The notes below the pieces were generated by a model. That model saw only the letters and a program-made list of their open reading frames with translations. It was not told the origin of the DNA and did not search any database. A stretch of 64,000 nucleotides of DNA from the sequence record PQ309151.1; one strand, given 5' to 3'. Shown one piece after another: positions 35,715 through 43,810 of this stretch. The number at the start of each line of letters is the position of its first letter. Position 1 is the stretch's first letter. Position numbers and translations under genes: made by a program.

Positions 35715-36347
35715 TTATCGGTAGCCGTAGTAGCGAGGTGCTTGGCGATAAGCATAGTTGGGCGGATCATAGCGCGGCCCGTAACCACGCGGATAGAACT
35801 GCCCAGGATAGCCACGCATTGCCGGTTGGATCACGATCGGTGTCGGACCATACCACGGCTGTTCATATTGCTGAACGTATTGTGCGGGCGGTCTGCCGTA
35901 ATACACAGGCGCAGGAGACCTGACGAGGTGCGGTGGTTCCTGGTAATACGGATCTTGTTGCGCGTACTGAGGCGGCGGGTAACCCGGCTGATCCGTATAG
36001 ACTTCTTGCACTTGGTTGGGATCGTACTGCGGCTGCTGTTGCATGCGAGGTAAGGGCTGCGTATAGTCGCGTGCAACTGGAGGCAGAGGAGGCGGCTGTT
36101 GAGGCTGCATCTGCTTGGCATCATAGTCTCCACGCTGAATCCATCCATTGCGAAATGCCCGAGCCGTCGTCGACATCGGATTGTCCGGGTCTTCGGCCCG
36201 TCCATCCGCATTACGTGTCCAATCGTCGGGCGTCATTTGCCGAGGCTGGCCATTTTGATCCGGGATGTCATAGGCGTATTCCGGACCATCGGCCCAAGCT
36301 GAGGCGCTGGCAAACAGCAACACAAGCATTGCGATGCGTGTTTTCAT
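35715..36347 (-). CDS. secreted Pro/Gln/Tyr-rich low-complexity protein
   Basis: Sec signal MKTRIAMLVLLFASASAWA|D, then QPQQPPPLPP, PAPVYYGRPP and GYGPRY tracts. Confidence 0.75.
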   Translation of the reverse strand: MKTRIAMLVLLFASASAWADGPEYAYDIPDQNGQPRQMTPDDWTRNADGRAEDPDNPMSTTARAFRNGWIQRGDYDAKQMQPQQPPPLPPVARDYTQPLPRMQQQPQYDPNQVQEVYTDQPGYPPPQYAQQDPYYQEPPHLVRSPAPVYYGRPPAQYVQQYEQPWYGPTPIVIQPAMRGYPGQFYPRGYGPRYDPPNYAYRQAPRYYGYR

Positions 36348-36372
36348 TTTTCTTCCCCGATTTTAAAAAGGG

Positions 36373-36927
36373 TTACTTCTGTTTCGGATAAAGATAGAAG
36401 ACCGACAGAAGTCGGCAGTCTTTATCCAGCTTGATGGACTGGTTGCCAAGCAGGATACGCGAGGCGTTTTCAAAACCACGACTGCATGCCGAGATATAGT
36501 CGTCCATGGACATTATCATCGTGCCAAAGCACTCAGCCGTTCGGACCACCGAGTCATCTGAGTCTGACGCAAAATTCAGCGGACAGACTTTTTGATCGAT
36601 GGGATCCGAGTCAGTATGGACCGGACAGATCCAGTTACTACCCCGATGATCCTGGACCACAATGAAAGCCGTAAGGTCTCGGATTTTATTGGTATCTTTG
36701 TCCAGATACTCCAGATACTCACCCTGTTCACGACACTTGAGGATATCCTCATAGATCGTGGAGAAAGTATCGGAGTCCGTGATCAACTTCCCGAAGAAGA
36801 TCAGTGGATTCTGAAGAGGCTCAGGATCTTCCTTGAGCAGAAGAGAATTCTTCCATGGAAGAGGCTGAGCGCCGGGTACGGGTTTGTCTTTGTCATTAGG
36901 TTTATTGACAACAGGATTCATGATCAC
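36373..36927 (-). CDS. hypothetical protein
   Basis: 184 aa; first gene after the promoter at 37048; TTTTAAAA box. Confidence 0.7.
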   Translation of the reverse strand: MIMNPVVNKPNDKDKPVPGAQPLPWKNSLLLKEDPEPLQNPLIFFGKLITDSDTFSTIYEDILKCREQGEYLEYLDKDTNKIRDLTAFIVVQDHRGSNWICPVHTDSDPIDQKVCPLNFASDSDDSVVRTAECFGTMIMSMDDYISACSRGFENASRILLGNQSIKLDKDCRLLSVFYLYPKQK

Positions 36928-37047
36928 TCACCTGTAATTATTTTAAAAACAGAACTGCCTTATGTTAGGCAGGCTTTTCCCCCCAGGTTAAAGCATTATC
37001 GCAGACGAGTTATCGATTTACTCGCTTGTCTACAGAACTTCAGATGG

Positions 37048-37069
37048 ATGATATATTTCTCAAATAAAC
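37048..37069 (-). promoter_or_regulatory. phiKZ-type early promoter (TATATCAT)
   Basis: Minus strand GTTTATTTGAGAAATATATCAT directly after the hairpin at 37079-37117. Confidence 0.7.
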
Positions 37070-37078
37070 CAAAGCGAA

Positions 37079-37117
37079 CATAATCCCAGGGAACCCTTTC
37101 GGGCCCCTGGGATTATG
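37079..37117 (-). terminator. terminator hairpin
   Basis: 13-bp arms CATAATCCCAGGG/CCCTGGGATTATG. Confidence 0.75.
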
Positions 37118-37140
37118 TCATGGTAGTTACAGCAGCCTAC

Positions 37141-37581
37141 TTACGCAGCAGGAGGCGGTACCCCAGCGGCCGGTTGTGCCGGCGTTTGGGGCGCGGCAGC
37201 TACAGGCGGTGCTGCGGCTGCGGTTACTGCGGAACTGATAGCCTGGGATACAGCGGAAAGGGCGGCTTCAGCGGATTGCGTATCCGTAGCATCGGATGCG
37301 GCTTGTCGCAATGTATCGAGCTTCTTCTGCTTCACCAGACGCGAAGCCGCGCCGAAGAAGGAGATGAGCGCGATCAGGTGCGCGAGTTGCGGCGGAGCGC
37401 TTGCACCGGTCAGCAGACCCGACTGGAGAGCCAGGTTATACAGATCCGGAGCGGCGCCGACGATGGCGAAGAACCACACCGAGTACATCGTGTAGAACTT
37501 GCGCCATTCGGTGACCAGTTCGAGACCGATCTTGTTCAGACCGGCTTCGAGCTTGTCCCCTAGTGCGGAGAAAAAGCCCAT
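37141..37581 (-). CDS. holin-like membrane protein
   Basis: EWRKFYTMYSVW...TM1...TM2...AASRLVKQKKL pattern typical of small 2-TM phage holins, with an Ala/Pro-rich tail. No endolysin adjacent. Confidence 0.55.
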   Translation of the reverse strand: MGFFSALGDKLEAGLNKIGLELVTEWRKFYTMYSVWFFAIVGAAPDLYNLALQSGLLTGASAPPQLAHLIALISFFGAASRLVKQKKLDTLRQAASDATDTQSAEAALSAVSQAISSAVTAAAAPPVAAAPQTPAQPAAGVPPPAA

Positions 37582-37599
37582 TTGAAGCTCCTTGTTAAA

Positions 37600-38202
37600 C
37601 TACGAAATAACAACAATGCCAACGTCCTTCACTTTCAGTTCTCCCAGCGGAGGGTAGACCATTACGTGAGGAACGTTAGCAGCATACTGACGAAGCGTTT
37701 CATCCGCATCATCTCTTTGCCTGGCTTGCTCGTAAAACGACTTCGTCTTGCCGAGATACTTCTTGCACTTAGCCTCCATTGCGGCGGGGCCAGTACCAAT
37801 GAAACCACGCTTGTTCATTTCTTTATAGAAAGCACGAAGCGCCATTTCACGTTGTTGTTTTGTCATGTGATACCAATCGAACTGATCAGACCACGCATCC
37901 ATCTCCGGAGTCTCTACGACTTCGAATTTCATATCGTGAGGCATGTCAGCCGAATCCACGATATGCATGTAAAGCTTTTGCCCAGACTTCCAGAACTCAT
38001 GCTGGTGCTTGAAGATTCCGGCAATCTCTTTTTCAGGAATCGGTTCGATGAAAAGCGAGATGTGGTCATAGTAACCACCTGGCATTCCATAGAGAACCTG
38101 ATCGGTCACATCCTTCTTGATTGCTTCAGGAGAAAGATGATGAGTCAAACGGCTCGTCTTTAGGATTGCGTATTTCGCTTTCGAGTAATGATAGAACAGC
38201 AT
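37600..38202 (-). CDS. conserved jumbo-phage hypothetical protein
   Basis: Start MLFYHYS at 38202 overlaps the upstream stop (TAATG). YYDHISLFIEPIP...YAANVPHVMVYP. Confidence 0.75.
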   Translation of the reverse strand: MLFYHYSKAKYAILKTSRLTHHLSPEAIKKDVTDQVLYGMPGGYYDHISLFIEPIPEKEIAGIFKHQHEFWKSGQKLYMHIVDSADMPHDMKFEVVETPEMDAWSDQFDWYHMTKQQREMALRAFYKEMNKRGFIGTGPAAMEAKCKKYLGKTKSFYEQARQRDDADETLRQYAANVPHVMVYPPLGELKVKDVGIVVIS

Positions 38203-38675
38203 TACTTGATTTCGAACGTCTTCGTTCCATCGCCTGCTTCGAGGGGAGGCAACACTTCCCACGAAACAAACAGTTCACGCAACTTTGTCCAGTCGACACA
38301 CGGTTTCTGGTTCTCGTCGTGCATCAACGGAATACCAGCACCTGCATCGTCAACATAGACGTTTGCGTAGACCTTAGGAGAATTACTCCACTTCTCCTGT
38401 TCGGGGTTCTCGTTGTAACCCCAGAAGTTGATTCCGGCTTTGTTGCAGTAGACGATAGCCTCGTGTAACTTTTCATCTGAACGCATTGTCAGAAGAATCA
38501 AGCGATAGCCGAGCTTCTGCAATTCCTGCAGTACCTCGATCGCTCCTGGATTGGGTTTTCCGATGTAAGGGAAATTGTTCGTCACAATCGTCCCATCGAA
38601 ATCTATTGCGAAGATGGCCTTGGGTTTCTCTGCCGGTTCTTCGTCGGTAATCGTTCTGGTATCAAGCCACGGCAT
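38202..38675 (-). CDS. HAD-superfamily phosphatase (BT0820-like)
   Basis: AIDFDGTIV (motif I), LILLTMR (motif II), KVYANVYVDD (motifs III/IV). Confidence 0.88.
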   Translation of the reverse strand: MPWLDTRTITDEEPAEKPKAIFAIDFDGTIVTNNFPYIGKPNPGAIEVLQELQKLGYRLILLTMRSDEKLHEAIVYCNKAGINFWGYNENPEQEKWSNSPKVYANVYVDDAGAGIPLMHDENQKPCVDWTKLRELFVSWEVLPPLEAGDGTKTFEIK

Positions 38676-38728
38676 ATCTGCACCCTGTTATTTGTCACAA
38701 GATCAGGCCAAAAAAAATATAGGACATA

Positions 38729-38754
38729 GGATGATGGGCTTTCGCCCATCATCC
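38729..38754 (-). terminator. terminator hairpin
   Basis: 11-bp stem with GAAA loop on minus, followed by TATGTCCTATATTTTTTTT. Confidence 0.75.
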
Positions 38755-38764
38755 AGTCCGTGAC

Positions 38765-39232
38765 TTAGTCCTGAGTAATCAGGACATATTCCCACTTATC
38801 GGCGTTGGGGATACACCGGTCCTCTGCTGCCTTGTAAGCTGCTGCCTGATCCCAGAGAGACGACTGTTCAATCAGCGTATGAACGATCGCACAGGCAGTG
38901 CCGATCTTGTCCTGATCTTCCTTCGTCAGGATTTTGATCTGCTTGTTCTTCGAGTCCCAGGACGCATGGATGATCGCCTGAGCTTCTTCCAGGATTTCCT
39001 GAATCCCAGTCGACTCGAAGTTCTTCAGCAATTCCAGACCCACAAACATCCGGATCTTCAGCGTGATGCGATCGCCCAGGTTGGCGAAACCATCACGATA
39101 GGCGAGAAGCCTGAAATAGCAGTTCAACGTCATCGTGATCGAATCGTCTTCCGAATACTCGAACGTCTTTGCCGAGTACTCAACGATGCCTTCTTGCTTC
39201 GGACGGAAGCCTTTGCGGATAGTCTTAGCCAT
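38765..39232 (-). CDS. hypothetical protein
   Basis: 155-aa ORF in a tightly packed operon. Confidence 0.7.
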   Translation of the reverse strand: MAKTIRKGFRPKQEGIVEYSAKTFEYSEDDSITMTLNCYFRLLAYRDGFANLGDRITLKIRMFVGLELLKNFESTGIQEILEEAQAIIHASWDSKNKQIKILTKEDQDKIGTACAIVHTLIEQSSLWDQAAAYKAAEDRCIPNADKWEYVLITQD

Positions 39233-39249
39233 GTTTTTGATGTTGTCTG

Positions 39250-40131
39250 TTAAACAGTTTTGAAAAGTGATACGACGTTTTGGGGTTTGGGACGAACCTT
39301 GAGGTCGGGAATGTTATTCTTCACCGTCGTCAAGACTTTGAATGCCCAGTGGAACACCTTCGTGGTATTGTCTTCGATATATCCTCGCGGAATCGAGACC
39401 CCACACGCCATGCTGAATGCCATGGCGCACTGCCGGAAGAAAGATTCATCCAGCAGATTGTAGAACTTGACCAGGTGTTTGGGATCCTGATACAGACCAT
39501 GCAACTCTGCCTGATGGATACTGCCGATGATCCGATCGAGTTCGATGGTACTGAACATCTTGATCGGCCAGTCAGCGCCTGCTTCTTCGTCGGTATGGTA
39601 GATTGCCCGATCACGCTGGGTGATTACCATCGAAACGAGATAATCCAGGGTTTGCAAACCTTCGTATGCCATGCGTTGCGGGATATGAGAACCCGTGAAC
39701 ATTGCATTGGCGTTGAAGTACGAGATCTGCGAAATCTTGGCCATGACATTGGCTGCGGTTTGCTGCAGAGCTTCTCCAAACTCTGCATCTCCCGGACGAG
39801 TACTACGGGCCTCGATCTCATCGAGGAGAAGCTGACTCATCGCAGGTCGAGCCATCACCAGTTGTTCGATTTCCAGCAACCAGCCCGGTTGAACATGGGT
39901 CGGATAGATTGCTGAACCCACACCGAGAGTACGATGGGCAAACGTCGAATCGCGCCCGGCCTTTACCGCTTCGAGCGTGGGAGGATTAACCTCAAGACCT
40001 CCCAGCCATTCATGTATGCGAACGGCATTAGATGTTGAATGGAACTTCCCATCGAAGTCCTTAATGCATCCTTCAACGCTTGGTAGTACATATTCTTGTT
40101 GTCCGATATTGATTGTCAAATGGGTTTTCAT
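39250..40131 (-). CDS. conserved jumbo-phage hypothetical protein
   Basis: 293 aa; TAATG coupling to the upstream gene. Confidence 0.75.
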   Translation of the reverse strand: MKTHLTINIGQQEYVLPSVEGCIKDFDGKFHSTSNAVRIHEWLGGLEVNPPTLEAVKAGRDSTFAHRTLGVGSAIYPTHVQPGWLLEIEQLVMARPAMSQLLLDEIEARSTRPGDAEFGEALQQTAANVMAKISQISYFNANAMFTGSHIPQRMAYEGLQTLDYLVSMVITQRDRAIYHTDEEAGADWPIKMFSTIELDRIIGSIHQAELHGLYQDPKHLVKFYNLLDESFFRQCAMAFSMACGVSIPRGYIEDNTTKVFHWAFKVLTTVKNNIPDLKVRPKPQNVVSLFKTV

Positions 40132-40694
40132 TAATAGCTCCTGTTCGACAGCCTCTGGGCTGTCACTGCGTTTTGCGGAAAGTCATTCAGTTCGTCGAAG
40201 TGACTTTCATGTACGTCCACCCTGAAGGTGAAATTATTGATTTTCGTGATTTCAGTTACTGCACTGAGGTCACTGATGAAATGCGGATCATCTTCGTGTC
40301 CGCGCGGCATCTGGTGAGGCAGGAAGTAATAGCCAGCACCTTGCAGATTCTGAAAAACTTCATTACCGCAATACAGGATGAGATCTCTCAAGCGCTCGCG
40401 ATCCAGATGGGACAGGTGATACCTGCCGATCCCAAACTGATTCAGGATGCTATATGACAGATCTTCGAGATTCTGTTCACAGTCAGACATTGAGCGCGGG
40501 AACATTGCGCATGCAGTCATGACCTCCTCAATGAAAGCATAGAACGTCAACGCTTTCAGAAACCGGCAGTACTCAGGCCAAGGCTTTCTCTCTGCCCGTT
40601 TGATTTCCTCAACGAATTCGTCGTAGGAACGTTTTAGCCTTATTACAAAGGAAAGGTGGCTCATTTCGCAGTGGATGTTTAACAACGATTGCAA
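40131..40694 (-). CDS. hypothetical protein
   Basis: Coupled ORF; the true start may be slightly downstream (MSHLSF, about 40664). Confidence 0.65.
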   Translation of the reverse strand: MQSLLNIHCEMSHLSFVIRLKRSYDEFVEEIKRAERKPWPEYCRFLKALTFYAFIEEVMTACAMFPRSMSDCEQNLEDLSYSILNQFGIGRYHLSHLDRERLRDLILYCGNEVFQNLQGAGYYFLPHQMPRGHEDDPHFISDLSAVTEITKINNFTFRVDVHESHFDELNDFPQNAVTAQRLSNRSY

Positions 40695-41073
40695 AATTTG
40701 AACGAGACACGGGAATGACTCTTACAGGTCGGCTTCCGCGCTCACGTAGATAGTCGAAGAGACGGATGTCATCAAACATCTCCACGACGGATTCACAGAT
40801 TGCGAAAAGAATTCCGCAGATCTTCACATACGGTTCATCTTGATGAAAGATGTAATCCGGGATGATACCCTTATCGTTAAGCCTGCCGATAAAGTATTCG
40901 ATCTCGTTTATTTGTTGCCTCGCTTCCTGAATGTTTTCCATTCCTTCAGTGAGGAACTTGACCAACTCTTCCAACAGATCGCGACGATTAACGTCCTCGA
41001 ACATTCCGGTTGTATCGAAACGACGTATATGGCGATCAATGTTGAAGATAACACCGAATCTGTATTTCGCCAT
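40609..41073 (-). CDS. hypothetical protein
   Basis: 154-aa ORF after the hairpin at about 41094-41128. Confidence 0.65.
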   Translation of the reverse strand: MAKYRFGVIFNIDRHIRRFDTTGMFEDVNRRDLLEELVKFLTEGMENIQEARQQINEIEYFIGRLNDKGIIPDYIFHQDEPYVKICGILFAICESVVEMFDDIRLFDYLRERGSRPVRVIPVSRSNFAIVVKHPLRNEPPFLCNKAKTFLRRIR

Positions 41074-41249
41074 GATGTACCTAATTGAAAAAGATCCCCG
41101 TCCACTCCCTAGTGGGAGTGGATCGGGGCGACACTAATGACACAAGCAGGATCAACGGCTAAATCGGATCACTCTCCCATGCCATTAGTCCCGAGAGAAT
41201 AACCACCGAGACGAGGAGATGTCTCTGGAGATGGTGGCTATTCAATTAG

Positions 41250-41270
41250 GTAATATATCGGTGAAATCAA
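41250..41270 (-). promoter_or_regulatory. phiKZ-type early promoter (exact TATATTAC)
   Basis: Minus strand TTGATTTCACCGATATATTAC, directly after the thyA stop. Confidence 0.7.
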
Positions 41271-42512
41271 TTACACCGCGGCGGGCTTGAACTTGATCGG
41301 CGGATGCGACTTGTAGTACACCGTCAGATTTTCAGCCTTGAACTGGGTCACATCTTCCAGAGTCGGATCGACGATGATTCGAGCCGGTGCCATGGGAGTG
41401 CGATCGAGTTGGGTCTTCACGCCTTCATGCTGGTCGTGGTAGATGTGGTAGTCGCCCATGAAGTGGGTGTATTCCCATGCCACGAAACCAGTGACTTCTG
41501 CCAGCAGATGAGCAAGCAGCGAGTACATGCCGACGTTGAACACAGTGCCGAGCGGCACGTCTTGCGAACGCGCGAAGCAGGCGAGCGAGAGCTTGCGTGC
41601 AACGAATCCGCCGTCGAGGATCTTGTCGACTTCCAGCTGACCGGCTTCCGTGAGTTCCAGATCACGATCGTCGCCCAGGTTGTACTGCATTTCCTTGCCA
41701 GCGAGAAGGCCGCGAGTCACCAGTTCACTGTTGATGCGCGTCTTGTAGTACAGTTCCTGCGCCGTGTGATCCAGTCCACGCATACCTTCGAAGACTTCCT
41801 TGAAAATAGCTTGTGCGAAGTCTTCCTGATCCATCGAGTAGCGCAGAACTTCGAACGCGGTCATCGGGGCCGTATTGACTTGCCACATCGAATGACACGG
41901 AGCGAGCGCCATGCGACCAGCATCTGCATTGTCTGCCGGCGACATCGACGTATCGGGCAGGAGACCAGCATGCCACACGTTCACGACGAGACGACGGCTG
42001 TCCGGATTGTTCTTCAGTTCGTTGACGATGTTCATCAGCTGGTCAACACCACCACGACCACCCTTCTCGAAGGTCTTGGTCTTTTCGGCGATTTCCTTCT
42101 CCATGAAATCACGAATGTCCTGGACATTGATGTCGACCGAACCGACTTCTTCGGAGAACTTGTCGAGCATTGCCGTCACGTCTTCCTGAGTCAGACCAGT
42201 AGTCCAGTTACGCCACTGTTCGCCGTACATCGGTCCGATCGTGCCGCTTTCCGGACCCGTCCAGGCATTCCAGATCTTGTTGTCACGGTCTTGCAACCAG
42301 TCGACGGAAATGATGCCCTTGAGCATCCATTCCAGTTCTTCGGCAATCTTCTTGTACGCCACTTCGCGTGTGGTCGGAATCGGCCAGATGCCGTGACGAA
42401 GCGAGAACTTCATCATGCCGCCGAACTTCGAAGTCGTACCCGTGCCGGTACGATCGGTCTTCACATCGCCCGATTCCAGGATGTCTTTCAGAGTGTCCAG
42501 ATACTGTTTCAT
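41271..42512 (-). CDS. thyA: thymidylate synthase with two large insertions
   Basis: DRTGTGT, GPMYGEQWR, NPDSRR, catalytic ALAPCH, RSQD, FNVGMY (Asn indicates dUMP specificity), GDYHIY. Confidence 0.95.
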   Translation of the reverse strand: MKQYLDTLKDILESGDVKTDRTGTGTTSKFGGMMKFSLRHGIWPIPTTREVAYKKIAEELEWMLKGIISVDWLQDRDNKIWNAWTGPESGTIGPMYGEQWRNWTTGLTQEDVTAMLDKFSEEVGSVDINVQDIRDFMEKEIAEKTKTFEKGGRGGVDQLMNIVNELKNNPDSRRLVVNVWHAGLLPDTSMSPADNADAGRMALAPCHSMWQVNTAPMTAFEVLRYSMDQEDFAQAIFKEVFEGMRGLDHTAQELYYKTRINSELVTRGLLAGKEMQYNLGDDRDLELTEAGQLEVDKILDGGFVARKLSLACFARSQDVPLGTVFNVGMYSLLAHLLAEVTGFVAWEYTHFMGDYHIYHDQHEGVKTQLDRTPMAPARIIVDPTLEDVTQFKAENLTVYYKSHPPIKFKPAAV

Positions 42513-42546
42513 TTATTTTTCACCAAAAAAAAAATACTGCAGTTAA

Positions 42547-42927
42547 TCAAAGGGAAATTTCCATGACCGACAATGCGGTGCCTTTACGGACTTCCATCCA
42601 GCCAGGCATCGGAATGCAGTCAATTTGTTCGAGGTACTTTTTGAAGTATTGTAGTGCTTCTTCGACTCGCAGCAGATAAGACATTACATCTGCTGGAAGT
42701 TTTCCTAAGCGTTCCCGAATATCCAGTTCAATGTCATCCAGGAAATCGCATAAGACATAATCGAAATCATCACCGTTTGCAACATTTCCGTCCTGCAGTT
42801 GCTCGATGAGGTCGTTACAGAGCTCATGGTAATCGTACTCAATGAAAATCGGTTGCTCTTCCGTAAGAAGTCTTCTTATTCTTTTCTTTTCGTAAGTATC
42901 ACCGACGAGATAACGGGTTGTTCGCAT
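42547..42927 (-). CDS. hypothetical acidic protein
   Basis: 126-aa ORF upstream of thyA. Confidence 0.65.
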   Translation of the reverse strand: MRTTRYLVGDTYEKKRIRRLLTEEQPIFIEYDYHELCNDLIEQLQDGNVANGDDFDYVLCDFLDDIELDIRERLGKLPADVMSYLLRVEEALQYFKKYLEQIDCIPMPGWMEVRKGTALSVMEISL

Positions 42928-43277
42928 GTGCGTATCAGCCCAAATAGGGACATGGGTGAAACGTTGTGAATTTCGAAATCTCCCAGAGAGTCTAGAAGTT
43001 CGAACTGTGACAGCTGTCTGACCATTTGCTTAGCCAGTTTCGCAAGCTTCCGTAGAATCTTGTTGGCCTTTTCAAAAGTATTTCCCTGAGCATAGAGATA
43101 ACGGCGAGTGCCTTCCAAATAGTACCTTAGACTTTTGGAAGACTTCTTAACTCCGAACACTCGGGAAACTCTAAGGTGTTCGTAAAATCCTTCCAGAAGT
43201 TTAAAATACCTCCGCTTAAAACGGAGAAGCTTTGGGGTTGGCTTTTTAAAGCCAAAAAGAAGAATGTCAGTTTGCAT
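42876..43277 (-). CDS. hypothetical basic protein
   Basis: 133 aa; first gene after the promoter at 43318. Confidence 0.6.
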   Translation of the reverse strand: MQTDILLFGFKKPTPKLLRFKRRYFKLLEGFYEHLRVSRVFGVKKSSKSLRYYLEGTRRYLYAQGNTFEKANKILRKLAKLAKQMVRQLSQFELLDSLGDFEIHNVSPMSLFGLIRTCEQPVISSVILTKRKE

Positions 43278-43317
43278 GCAATGAAAGGTTGATATGAAAT
43301 CAACTTACAACAAAGTT

Positions 43318-43340
43318 GTAATATATGCCTGACCAAAACT
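43318..43340 (-). promoter_or_regulatory. phiKZ-type early promoter (exact TATATTAC)
   Basis: Minus strand GTTTTGGTCAGGCATATATTAC, after the hairpin at 43363-43388. Confidence 0.7.
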
Positions 43341-43362
43341 GGAATTAAATGGACATAAAGGA

Positions 43363-43388
43363 TACCAGAGAGCCGAAGCTCTCTGGTA
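43363..43388 (-). terminator. terminator hairpin
   Basis: 11-bp stem, C(UUCG)G loop on minus, followed by TCCTTTATGTCC. Confidence 0.75.
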
Positions 43389-43413
43389 CTCTCACTCAAG
43401 CCTGGCTAGCAGG

Positions 43414-43503
43414 TTACTTCACGAACAACCACGGGAAGCACATTTCCCAACATGCTTGAACCATGATGCCGTAGGCAAGGCCCATCTGTGCAGGAAGCCA
43501 CAT
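43414..43503 (-). CDS. 29-aa hydrophobic small protein (not in ORF track)
   Basis: AAGGAG SD 7 nt before the ATG. MWLPAQMGLAYGIMVQACWEMCFPWLFVK*. Last ORF before a terminator. Confidence 0.6.
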   Translation of the reverse strand: MWLPAQMGLAYGIMVQACWEMCFPWLFVK

Positions 43504-43513
43504 GTCGTTCTCC

Positions 43514-43801
43514 TTACGAGACGAGATAACGCGGACCGAGAAGATCATGACACTGACTGGGCGTGAACTTGAGGATTACGTGAGCCAGCCAGTATGCATG
43601 CGTGTACCAGGTATCCGAATGCGACTTCTCGCTTTCGACGTATTCCTTGTACTCGTCTTCCAGGATTCCCGAACTCAAGATCGAGATAAGCTCGTTGCGC
43701 TGAGTCGGACTACCATTCGTCAGAAACCCAGCATCTACCAGGTAATGTGCTTGGTCGCCCAGACTCAGCGCCGCGAATTCCTCTTTGGTAAGAATCTTCA
43801 C
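43514..43801 (-). CDS. hypothetical protein
   Basis: AAGGAG SD; 95 aa. Confidence 0.7.
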   Translation of the reverse strand: MKILTKEEFAALSLGDQAHYLVDAGFLTNGSPTQRNELISILSSGILEDEYKEYVESEKSHSDTWYTHAYWLAHVILKFTPSQCHDLLGPRYLVS

Positions 43802-43810
43802 GGCATCTCC

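Noticed and set aside
41271-42512. ThyA as a dCMP hydroxymethylase / hypermodification enzyme, or as intron/intein-split
   Set aside because: The specificity residue is Asn (FNVGMY), as in dUMP-methylating enzymes. The frame is continuous and the insertions lack splicing residues.
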